Shown here: positions 50,162 through 58,618 of the stretch, in pieces
Numbering within the stretch: position 1 is the stretch's first letter
How the letters are laid out: each line of letters starts with the position of its first letter
Origin: Burkholderiaceae bacterium
Lineage (GTDB): Bacteria > Pseudomonadota > Gammaproteobacteria > Burkholderiales > Rhodocyclaceae
DNA length: 64,000 nucleotides
Assembly (NCBI GenBank): GCA_021738065.1
Contig: JAIPCT010000003.1
Span: 474 to 64,473, forward strand
Direction: 5' to 3'
Made by a program: the position numbers and the translations under genes
Notes under the pieces: model-generated
Databases searched by the model: none
Seen by the model: only the letters and a program-made list of their open reading frames with translations
Told to the model about the DNA's origin: nothing

Positions 50162-52915
50162 TCACTGCTCTTCCTCGAATTGTGTGCGCCGCTCGGCGAC
50201 GCGCAGCAATGGGTGCACGTCGCAATACGCCAATACCTGTTCGTCATCGAACACCACGGCCGCGGCGCCGTTCCGCACTTCGAGCGCAATCTCCCTGATG
50301 CGCTGCGCCCAGTGCCGCCGCAGGGCGTCCCAGTCGGCAAACTCTTGCTCCGGGTAGCGCTTGCGCAGCGCGTCCAGCGGTTTCACCTCGGGCAGCAAGC
50401 CGTCGCTCTGCGCCACACCGAGAAAACCCGGCTCGTCGCGGGTGACACGCGCAAGGGCCACGGCCGCTACGGCGCGGTCGGGAAACGCCAGTGCGGCATA
50501 GATCGGCAACTGCGGTTCGCTGATGCGCGCGTCGGCCCAGCTATCGGCCGAGACACTACGCCCGCTCTTGTAATCGATCACCACCAGACGCCCGTCGTCG
50601 AGTTGATCGACGCGATCGACCACCACGCGTACCGGCAGGCCTTCGATATCGAGTTCGTGCCGCTCTTCGCAGGCGATTACGCGAAACGGCGCGCGCTGTG
50701 CTTCCAAGGCCAGCCAGACATCTAGCAAGATCTGCAGCCGCTTGTCTTCAAGCTGACGCAAGCGCGGCGGCACGGGCTCGGCGGCGCGATGGTCGAACTC
50801 CACCAGGGCATGGCTCACCACGCGCCGGATTTCTGCCTCGCGCCCGCTCGCGTCCAGTTGCAGCAGATCGGCCAGCGCGCGCCCGCGCCAGAACTCTTCC
50901 AGGGCCGCATGCAGCAGTGAGCCGCGAGCCCGCGCGTCCAGCCCGAAACTCGGCGCTGGCAACACGGCGGCACCGAGCCGGTATTGGTAGAAACCCCATG
51001 CCGGACACATCGCCTGTGCCTGCAACAAGGCCGTGCCGCCCCGAATTCGCTCATCGGCGCCCAGCGGCGGAGCGCGCGCATCGTCGAGGCGTTCCAGCAG
51101 CGCAGCTCCGTGAACTCCCGGCGCATTCTCCGGCGCCGGAGACCACTCGTCGCGAGGAACACCCGCCAGCAAGGGGCTGGCTCGCAGCGGCCGTTCGCCT
51201 TCCTGGCGGAACCAGGAAAACACCACCTCGTCCGCACTACCGCACCACAAAGCCTGCAGGCTCAGCGCCTCCATCGCCAGACTATCGGCGCGCGCGGCAG
51301 AGATCCCGGCACGGCGCTGAAGCTCAGCCGGCAGCAAGGGGTTCGGACGCGGCGCAGGCGGCCAGGCGCCTTCATTCAATCCCATCACCCAAAGTCCGTC
51401 GCCGGCGCCAGCCAGTGCGTCGCCCAGACTGCAAACCTCAACACGAGCCGCACTCTGCCGGGGCGCCGCAAATACCCGGTCCCGACACTGGCGCTGCAAC
51501 TGACGCAAGGCGTCGCTTGCGGTGACGCGGCCGAGAATGACGTCCAGCGCCAGCAACTCGCCCATCGCCTCGCGCAATTGAGCGCAGGCTTCATGCTCCG
51601 TCGCCAGCAGTTCGCGTTGCCCCGGCCAGCCCAGTGCCTCAAGCACTTGGCCAAAGGCGCTGCCCCAGGCCGAGGGCAGCTGGCGGCGCGGCGTGCTCCG
51701 CGCGGATTCAAGCAATGCGCCGAGGTGGATCGCGAGTCGAGGCGCATGCACCGCCGTGGATTCCTCGGCAAGCAGACGCGATACCGCGCGCTGCAAGCGC
51801 TCAAGACTGGTTTCCGGTGGCAGCAACTCGCGCAGTCCGGCCTCAATGCAGGCGCGGCCATCGGCCTCGTCGATGTCGGCCGACCAGCCCGGACCGCAGA
51901 GCAGCGCGCCAAACCCGGCCTGCGCCACGCGCTGCGGATTGACAAAGAGTTGCAGCAGCCGCAGCGCCACGTCGATCAGCGCTTCCGCCGCCAGGGGCGC
52001 ACCCGCGACGAAAACATAGTCCTTTTCCTGGGCGGCCCAGCCTGCCCCTACCGCCTGCGGATGCAATGCATCGTCGAGTGCCGCCTCCAGCAAGCGCCGA
52101 CGCGCAGGCAGATCGGCTACCGCAATTCGCAAGCGCAGCGGCGTTGCCATGGCCGGCTTTTCAGCTCCATGTCGCTGCAGGCAATCGCGCGCCCAGTGCG
52201 CCGCAGCGATGCATTCGGCCTCGGCGTCGGGCAATTCGACGGCCCGCGCCGGTGCGGCAGTTTTGCGCCCGGAATCGACGCGAAACAACTCGATGCCACG
52301 CTTTTCCAGCACCACGAGCAAGCGTGAAACCATCGGATCCGGCGTGACAAAACCGGCGATGCCCAGACGCGCCGGCAGGCCGCCGATGCCACGTTCAAGG
52401 CACTCGATGCGCCACGCCAACACTTCATCCGCCCTGCACCAGTCACCAGCGGCACAGGCCTGCTGAACCTCCTTGTGCCAGCGCCGATAAGCGCGGAACT
52501 CCTCGGTGTGCAAGGCTTCGGGGACTTCAATGCGCCACCAGGCCTGCAGGCTGGCCGCCTCCATGGCTGCCAGCGCCATGCCCTCGCGATCAAACAGGTC
52601 GCCGGTGGCGCCGGTATCACGCGCGATTGCCTGCTCCCATAAACAACGCTCTTGCGCCCGGGAAAGGAAGCTGCCAGGAACGCTGGCCGGCGGGATATCG
52701 CCGCGCAACAAGGCTGTGGAGGTCAGATGATCCAGCCACATTGCCGGCGTCGAACTTTGCAGCGCACGCCAGGTGTCGGCCCCGCGCGCGATTTGCAAAT
52801 CGCCATGCGCGGCGCGCAGGCCCAGCGCCAAACGCGCCGTAGCGCAAAGCACAATCGGCTCCGGCCCGCCGGGCAGATCGGCGAGCGATACGAGAGGCAG
52901 ATCGGAGCGGATCAT
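50162..52915 (-). CDS. addB: AddB-like PD-(D/E)XK nuclease subunit
   Basis: RGSLLHAALE, VDRVD...VIDYKSG, EPQLPIYA; upstream of the addA-like gene. Confidence 0.85.
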   Translation of the reverse strand: MIRSDLPLVSLADLPGGPEPIVLCATARLALGLRAAHGDLQIARGADTWRALQSSTPAMWLDHLTSTALLRGDIPPASVPGSFLSRAQERCLWEQAIARDTGATGDLFDREGMALAAMEAASLQAWWRIEVPEALHTEEFRAYRRWHKEVQQACAAGDWCRADEVLAWRIECLERGIGGLPARLGIAGFVTPDPMVSRLLVVLEKRGIELFRVDSGRKTAAPARAVELPDAEAECIAAAHWARDCLQRHGAEKPAMATPLRLRIAVADLPARRRLLEAALDDALHPQAVGAGWAAQEKDYVFVAGAPLAAEALIDVALRLLQLFVNPQRVAQAGFGALLCGPGWSADIDEADGRACIEAGLRELLPPETSLERLQRAVSRLLAEESTAVHAPRLAIHLGALLESARSTPRRQLPSAWGSAFGQVLEALGWPGQRELLATEHEACAQLREAMGELLALDVILGRVTASDALRQLQRQCRDRVFAAPRQSAARVEVCSLGDALAGAGDGLWVMGLNEGAWPPAPRPNPLLPAELQRRAGISAARADSLAMEALSLQALWCGSADEVVFSWFRQEGERPLRASPLLAGVPRDEWSPAPENAPGVHGAALLERLDDARAPPLGADERIRGGTALLQAQAMCPAWGFYQYRLGAAVLPAPSFGLDARARGSLLHAALEEFWRGRALADLLQLDASGREAEIRRVVSHALVEFDHRAAEPVPPRLRQLEDKRLQILLDVWLALEAQRAPFRVIACEERHELDIEGLPVRVVVDRVDQLDDGRLVVIDYKSGRSVSADSWADARISEPQLPIYAALAFPDRAVAAVALARVTRDEPGFLGVAQSDGLLPEVKPLDALRKRYPEQEFADWDALRRHWAQRIREIALEVRNGAAAVVFDDEQVLAYCDVHPLLRVAERRTQFEEEQ
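50945..50969 (+). repeat. Dispersed 25-bp motif, copy 12 (GAAACTCGGCGCTGGCAACACGGCG)
   Basis: Antisense in addB, encodes AVLPAPSF. Confidence 0.8.
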
Positions 52916-52923
52916 GCGAGACC

Positions 52924-53013
52924 TTATCCGGCCAGCGGCAGCATCAAGGCGCCGAGAGCGCAGAGAATCGTGGTGACGTAGAACACGGCGAGATCGGCTT
53001 GATGGGCAGACAT
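52924..53013 (-). CDS. Putative 29-aa hydrophobic small protein
   Basis: MSAHQADLAVFYVTTILCALGALMLPLAG; AAGGAGGA RBS 6 nt upstream; ends 8 nt before the addB start. Confidence 0.55.
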   Translation of the reverse strand: MSAHQADLAVFYVTTILCALGALMLPLAG

Positions 53014-53059
53014 GTGACTTCCTCCTTGAGAATGGAGATCAGTCTGCATGGTACGAAGC

Positions 53060-54415
53060 TCATGGAATGAGCCTGTCCTCTTCCTTTGCCGACAATTCTG
53101 GCGCCTGCACGTCGCGCGGCAATGCCTCCACCGGATTCAGATCGCGGATTTCCTTGTCTTCGCTGGTGACTTTCAGGTCGCGGAACTTGCGCGCCGAGAC
53201 CAGCACCCGCCGCTCCATCGAAGCGACGGAATCGTTGTAGGCGCCGACCGCCTCGCCGAGGTTCTTGCCGACGCGGCTCCAGTGCTCGGCGACGGTGGCG
53301 ATCCGGTCGTACAGTTCGCGCCCGAGGACGCTGATGCGTTCTGCATTTTCGGTCAGCGCCTGCTGGGTCCAGCCGTAGGAAACGGCACGCAGCAAGGCAA
53401 TCAGCGTGGTCGGCGTGGCGAGGATCACGCGCTGCTCGACGCCCTGCTCGATCAGCGAAGGGTCGGCTTCCAGCGCGGCCGAGTAGAACATTTCGCCCGG
53501 CAGGAACAGCACGACAAAATCCGGCGAGGGCTGAAACTGCTCCCAGTAGGCTTTCTGGCCGAGCTTCTTGAGGTGCTCGCGCACCTGCCGCGCGTGATCG
53601 GCGAGCTTGCGCTTCTTCTCCGCCTCGTCGTCGGTTTCCAGCGCTTCGAGATAGGCCGCCAGCGGTGCCTTGGCATCGACCACGATATTCTTGCCGCCGG
53701 GCAGACGCACGATCATGTCCGGGCGCAGCCGGCCATCTTCGGAGTTGGTACTGGCTTGTTCCTCGAAGTCGCAGTGATCGAGCATGCCGGCCATTTCGAC
53801 CACGCGCTTGAGCTGCAGCTCGCCCCAGCGCCCGCGTGTTTGCGGCGCGCGCAGCGCCTTGACCAAGTTGCCGGTCTCCAGGCGCAGTGCGCCCTGCGCC
53901 TCGGCCATGGCGCGCACCTGCTCGGTCAGCGTGGCATAGGCATCGACGCGCGACTTTTCGATGCCCTGAATCTGCTGTTCGAATTTCTCCAGCGACGCCT
54001 TTACAGGGGTCACCAGTTCACCGATCGCCAACTGCCGCTTGTCCAAATCGGTCCGCGCCGCCGCCAGCGCGGCCGCCTGCTGCGCTTCCAGCGTGTTGCG
54101 GGCGAGTTCGAGGAATGACTGGTTGTTCTTGGTCAATGCCTCGGCCGAAATCACCTTGAAGGCATCGGCAAAACTGTCGCGCGCCGCTTCCAGCGTGGCC
54201 TGGCGCTCGGCAAACAGCGCCTGGTCTTTTTCCAGCTCGGTTTGCAGTGTGGCACAGCGTATCGCCAGCGCCGACTCTTGAGAACGCAGCCGTGCCAGCT
54301 CGCCTTCGAACAACCCTATCTGCGCTTTGGCTTCGCGCAAGCGTGCGCCAAAAACCCAGGCCACCAGCCCGCCGCCGAGCAACAAGCCCACCACCAGCGC
54401 AATACTCATGTCCAT
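53060..54415 (-). CDS. rmuC: DNA recombination protein RmuC
   Basis: N-terminal TM plus coiled coil, RGRWGELQL, RPDMIVRLP, VDAKAP, ATPTTLIALL. Confidence 0.95.
   Translation of the reverse strand: MDMSIALVVGLLLGGGLVAWVFGARLREAKAQIGLFEGELARLRSQESALAIRCATLQTELEKDQALFAERQATLEAARDSFADAFKVISAEALTKNNQSFLELARNTLEAQQAAALAAARTDLDKRQLAIGELVTPVKASLEKFEQQIQGIEKSRVDAYATLTEQVRAMAEAQGALRLETGNLVKALRAPQTRGRWGELQLKRVVEMAGMLDHCDFEEQASTNSEDGRLRPDMIVRLPGGKNIVVDAKAPLAAYLEALETDDEAEKKRKLADHARQVREHLKKLGQKAYWEQFQPSPDFVVLFLPGEMFYSAALEADPSLIEQGVEQRVILATPTTLIALLRAVSYGWTQQALTENAERISVLGRELYDRIATVAEHWSRVGKNLGEAVGAYNDSVASMERRVLVSARKFRDLKVTSEDKEIRDLNPVEALPRDVQAPELSAKEEDRLIP
54255..54279 (-). repeat. Dispersed 25-bp motif, copy 13 (AAGAGTCGGCGCTGGCGATACGCTG)
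   Basis: Sense in rmuC, encodes QESALAIRC. Confidence 0.8.
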
Positions 54416-54483
54416 ATCGTGTTCCGCTTTACGTTTTTCCCGAACGGGAGAGTATCACCCGCAACAGGCTCGGCGGATGAGCC

Positions 54484-54879
54484 TCATTCATTGAATCCGC
54501 GGATCAAGCGGCCCGCCTTTTTGGTCGGTCGGCCCTTCAGGTCGGCACCGGGCATCGGCGCCAGCCGGCGTATTTCCTGTTGCTGCTGGCGGCGGGCTGC
54601 GCTCTCGTCCGTTTCTGCATACAGCAGACGGGCTTCCGTCGCAGGACGGCGCTGAGCGCTCACGCCGCGCACGATCACGGTCCAGCGCTGCTCGCCGGCC
54701 ACAATCTCAAGCCTGTCGTCCGCCTTCAATTCGCGCGAGGGTTTGACCGTCTGGGCGTTCCATTTGATCTTGCCGCCATCCACCGCCGCCGCCGCGAGGC
54801 TGCGCGTCTTGAAAAAGCGCGCGACCCAGAGCCATTTGTCGATGCGTTGCCGTGCCTGCTCGTGCGCTTCCGCCATCAC
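54484..54879 (-). CDS. hslR: Ribosome-associated heat shock protein Hsp15 (S4 domain)
   Basis: RIDKWLWVARFFKTRSLA, GRPTKK. Confidence 0.93.
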   Translation of the reverse strand: MMAEAHEQARQRIDKWLWVARFFKTRSLAAAAVDGGKIKWNAQTVKPSRELKADDRLEIVAGEQRWTVIVRGVSAQRRPATEARLLYAETDESAARRQQQQEIRRLAPMPGADLKGRPTKKAGRLIRGFNE

Positions 54880-55617
54880 TCAGTCGTGAAACACGACGAA
54901 CTCGTCAAGCGAGGCGCGCTCAGTTTGCAGGCCGTTCTCGAGCGCGTCCGGGTCGGTCCAGCCCAAAGACATGCCGCAAACCAGTTGCTCCTCTGCACCG
55001 AAGCCGAGCGTTTCGGCAATGATGCGGTGGTAGTCGAGCCAGGCCACCTGGGGGCAGGTATCGAGGCCCCGCGCCCGCGCGGCAAGCATCACGTTTTGCA
55101 AGAACATCCCATAGTCGAGCCAGCCACCCTGCCCCATGCGTCGGTCGATGCTGAAAATCAGGCCGACCGGAGCGCCGAAAAACTCATAGTTGCGCCGCAT
55201 TTGCACCTTCATGCGATCGGCGTCGCCTTTGCCGATGCCCAGCAGGCCATAGAGCCCCCAGCCAATCTTGCGTCGGCGTGCGAGATAGGGTTCAAAAAAT
55301 TCCGCCGGATAGTAGTTGTATTCGGCGTGGTGACCGGGCTCTGCGGCGTCGTAGGCGTCGCACACGGCATCGACCAGACGCTGTCGCGTCTTGCCGACCA
55401 GTACATGCACGCGCCAGGGCTGCAGATTGGTGCCGGAAGGCGCGCGACGGGCGACCGCCAGAATTTCCGAGACGTACTCACGGGGAACATCCCGCGGCAG
55501 GAAGGCGCGCACCGCATGGCGCCCAGCCATCACGGCATCGACCGCCTCGCTCAATGAATTCTGTGCAACACCCAATCGGCCAGAATCAAGCTGCGAAGTC
55601 CGATTGTTTCCCACCAT
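54880..55617 (-). CDS. Nitroreductase family protein
   Basis: RHAVRAF, APSGTNLQPW, FFGAPVG, GLDTCPQ; start uncertain. Confidence 0.92.
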   Translation of the reverse strand: MVGNNRTSQLDSGRLGVAQNSLSEAVDAVMAGRHAVRAFLPRDVPREYVSEILAVARRAPSGTNLQPWRVHVLVGKTRQRLVDAVCDAYDAAEPGHHAEYNYYPAEFFEPYLARRRKIGWGLYGLLGIGKGDADRMKVQMRRNYEFFGAPVGLIFSIDRRMGQGGWLDYGMFLQNVMLAARARGLDTCPQVAWLDYHRIIAETLGFGAEEQLVCGMSLGWTDPDALENGLQTERASLDEFVVFHD

Positions 55618-56066
55618 TACTTGGAACTGGTTTCGCGCTTTTGGCGTGACGTAGTCATGACCATGGCTTCACCATCGATGACGACCTTGCCGCCCACGGT
55701 GCAGACGGTATCCAGCACCACCCGGCACTTCTCGGCGATGACTTCCTTGACGGTCACCTTGGCGCGAACGGTATCGCCGGGACGCACCGGTGCGCGAAAG
55801 CGCAGGGACTGGCTCATGTAGATCACGCCGGCGCCAGGCAGCCGATTACCCAGCACGGCTGAAATCAGGCTGGCGCTCAACATGCCATGTGCGATGCGGC
55901 CGCCGAACATCGTGCTTTTTCCGAACTCCTCATCCATATGCACCGCGTTGACGTCCGTGGACACTCCTGCAAACATCACGATATCGGCATCGGTGATGGT
56001 CTTGCCAAGCTCGGCGCTCATGCCGACGGTGATGTCCTCAATGTCGTATCCATTCTGGGGATTCAT
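55617..56066 (-). CDS. MaoC-family (R)-enoyl-CoA hydratase (PhaJ-like)
   Basis: FAGVSTDVNAVH, RIAHGML, FRAPVRPGDT. Confidence 0.92.
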   Translation of the reverse strand: MNPQNGYDIEDITVGMSAELGKTITDADIVMFAGVSTDVNAVHMDEEFGKSTMFGGRIAHGMLSASLISAVLGNRLPGAGVIYMSQSLRFRAPVRPGDTVRAKVTVKEVIAEKCRVVLDTVCTVGGKVVIDGEAMVMTTSRQKRETSSK

Positions 56067-56150
56067 GCATGTCCTTTCGTTGAGTCAATCAATCGGTCCT
56101 GACCGGGGTCGGCCAAGCTTGCACAGGAAGCTGTTCATTCATCGCCGCCA

Positions 56151-58103
56151 TCAACGCCATTCGATACTCGCCGCGGTTCCGGATAGCGCCAGATTGGCGC
56201 GTCGCTGATCTGTCCCCAGCTTGAGATCCACCGCGAGACGGCCGCGGACTTTGCTGTCGGCATCGATATCCACCGTTCCGCTGGCGGACATGGCGCCCTC
56301 GCCAAACCGCAACTGCCGCAATTGAGTGGCACCGCGTTCATGAACAAAGTTGGCGCCGAGGTCGACGAAGCGCGTCGTACCGCGTGTTCCTCGGCCCTGC
56401 AAAAGCCTGCCGATATCCACTCCCAGCAGTGTTCCGCGCGGGATGACGATAGTGCCTTCCAGGCGTGGTGCGGCGAAAAGCTTTGCCGCCTCCTGCGCCT
56501 GCATCGCATACTTTGCCGTGCCGGCGAGTCTGGCATCGCTCAGCGCACCGGGCGCCAACAGTGCCGCATCCATTTGCTTCGCTTGCAAATCCCCGCTCAG
56601 GCTCCAGTTTGCGCCCCATTCGAGCCTGGCGTCGCCGCTGAGGAAGCCGTCTATGACAAATCCCTTGAATTCGCTCAGGACAATTCCGTTCCTATCCGCC
56701 GCTCCTTTGGCAACCCAGTCTTCCAGCGTAAATGCGGCGCCGAATGGAACCTTGAAGGACTTGGCGTCGATGGCAAGCTGCACCTTTTCGCCTTGCGGAG
56801 CAAGTTTCAGACTGAAGCTCTTGTCCAGGGATTCAAGCGCGATGCTGGTCCAGACTCCGCCATCGTCAGCCTTCAGTACGGCTGAGAAATCGGGCAGGCT
56901 GAGGTACTTCGACTCGAGTTTGGCATTCAGCACGCTGATCTGTCCGGCCAGGACGTCGCGCGCCAGTGGTTTGCCGAACAGGACCCAACCCAAGGCCTCG
57001 TCGTCAAGCACCAGCGAGTCAAGTTCAACCGCGTTGAATACTTTGCTGTCGCTGAACAGATTGCCAATACTGCCCATGGCTTTGATACGGGAAACTCTGA
57101 TCTGCCCTGCCGCACCGACCGACACGTCTTCAAGCCGCAAATGCGGGCGTGGCAGCAGCGAGAGGTGGAGCGCCTTGATCTTTACCGGCTGCTGAAACTG
57201 CCCGGTCAAGGCCTTCTCGAAGCGCGGAATTTGTCCATCGAAAGAAATCAGATGAAGCAACCCGAGGCCGATGGCGACGAGCGCCACAAGTCCGAAGGCA
57301 AGCCCTCTGCCCCAGGCGCGCAACCATCCCAGAATCGCGTTTCCGCTTGCGCTTGCTGACGCCGATTTGTCTTTTGATCGCTTGCGAGCTTTGGCCTTTT
57401 TCTCCGACTTTCGATTCTTCTCCTCTTCTGCTTGCCGAGCGGCGTCCTCGGCGGCCAGGCGGTCCCGCAACTCGGCTTCCTGGCGTGCGCGCTCCTCGAC
57501 TTCGAACCTTGCCTGTTCCTCGGCCTGCCGTCTCGCCGCCGCTTCGGCTTCCTGTTGCACCAGCGCTGCGGCCTCTCGCCGAGCCTTCGCTTCGGCTTCC
57601 TGTCGGGCGCGCTCCTCCGCTTCCCGCCGGGCGTTTGCTGCGGCCTCCTCGCGAGCGCGGTCCTCAGCTTCTCGTTGGAGCTTGGATTCCGCTTCCTCTC
57701 GGGCGCGCGCCTCGTTTTCGTCTTGCGTCGCTAGTTTGCCTTGAGACTCGCCCGCGTCGGCCTCTGGCGTCAAGCGGTCGGCTTTCTCGCGTCTGGCCTT
57801 GATTTTTGCGCGCAGTGCCAGAGCCCGACGTTGGGCTTCGGCAGCCGACGACACGGATCCAGCCCCGTTTTCGGATGTGGGGCTCTCCAGTTCCTCGATA
57901 AAGTCGTCACCCGCAAGGGTGTCCAGCGTCTCTTCGAGCTGCTCGGCCGACAGATGGCCGAGTTTGCCTCTCAGCGATTCGACGGTAGAACTTCCATCAA
58001 TTGCTTGCAGCAGCCTGAATACATCGGGCGCCAGCGCATGGCCGCCGGTGACTGCCTCCCGCTCTCCCTTTTCGGTTCTGCAATAAATGACTTCTGTATT
58101 CAT
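56151..58103 (-). CDS. AsmA-like membrane-anchored protein with N-terminal winged-helix-like domain and charged coiled coil
   Basis: IYCRTEKGERE...RLLQAIDG...LAGDDFIE; EAE/ARR repeats; single TM; LHLSLLPRPHLRLEDV AsmA-like segment. Confidence 0.75.
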   Translation of the reverse strand: MNTEVIYCRTEKGEREAVTGGHALAPDVFRLLQAIDGSSTVESLRGKLGHLSAEQLEETLDTLAGDDFIEELESPTSENGAGSVSSAAEAQRRALALRAKIKARREKADRLTPEADAGESQGKLATQDENEARAREEAESKLQREAEDRAREEAAANARREAEERARQEAEAKARREAAALVQQEAEAAARRQAEEQARFEVEERARQEAELRDRLAAEDAARQAEEEKNRKSEKKAKARKRSKDKSASASASGNAILGWLRAWGRGLAFGLVALVAIGLGLLHLISFDGQIPRFEKALTGQFQQPVKIKALHLSLLPRPHLRLEDVSVGAAGQIRVSRIKAMGSIGNLFSDSKVFNAVELDSLVLDDEALGWVLFGKPLARDVLAGQISVLNAKLESKYLSLPDFSAVLKADDGGVWTSIALESLDKSFSLKLAPQGEKVQLAIDAKSFKVPFGAAFTLEDWVAKGAADRNGIVLSEFKGFVIDGFLSGDARLEWGANWSLSGDLQAKQMDAALLAPGALSDARLAGTAKYAMQAQEAAKLFAAPRLEGTIVIPRGTLLGVDIGRLLQGRGTRGTTRFVDLGANFVHERGATQLRQLRFGEGAMSASGTVDIDADSKVRGRLAVDLKLGTDQRRANLALSGTAASIEWR

Positions 58104-58177
58104 AGTGATCCGGTCGACACGATAGAAAGGATTTGATGGGTGGGCATAACTCAAAAGCCGGCAGAAATCACCCGACT

Positions 58178-58543
58178 TCAGCCCGGTGGATCGAGCTCCG
58201 CCTTGAGTTGCCGCAACAGGGTTTCAATCCGCTCCGACAGCAAGCCGAAATCGACGATAGCATTGTCATTCAATTGAACGATCGCGCCATTCCGGATATC
58301 GTCGGCAATCAGTTTTGCCCGATGGTGGAATTCTTCATGCACCTTCAAGAGCTTGCCCGCCAATTTCGATCCCGCGAGTTCGCTGGAGTTTGCCGCCAAC
58401 CAGAGTCCCAGCTTGCACTGCGCATCATCGCCGATGAGCTGCGTATCGAAATCCCTGCCGTGAATGGAATTGAGCGCCAGATGAAACTTCATCTTCCACG
58501 ACCGGTGGAATGTTATGGCGCCGTCAAAATCAAATGCTTGCAT
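58178..58543 (-). CDS. Stand-alone CZB (chemoreceptor zinc-binding) domain protein
   Basis: AITFHRSWK...CKLGLWL...HEEFHH His/Cys pattern. Confidence 0.85.
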   Translation of the reverse strand: MQAFDFDGAITFHRSWKMKFHLALNSIHGRDFDTQLIGDDAQCKLGLWLAANSSELAGSKLAGKLLKVHEEFHHRAKLIADDIRNGAIVQLNDNAIVDFGLLSERIETLLRQLKAELDPPG

Positions 58544-58618
58544 GTCTGAGACCTCTTTGTCACGGCATTGCAAAGCGTAACGGTAACACTCCTGGATGCC
58601 AAGGGGTTAAACCATAAT

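Noticed and set aside
57430-57720. Repetitive DNA in the AsmA-like gene
   Set aside because: Explained by EAEARAR-type coiled-coil coding, not a DNA-level repeat.
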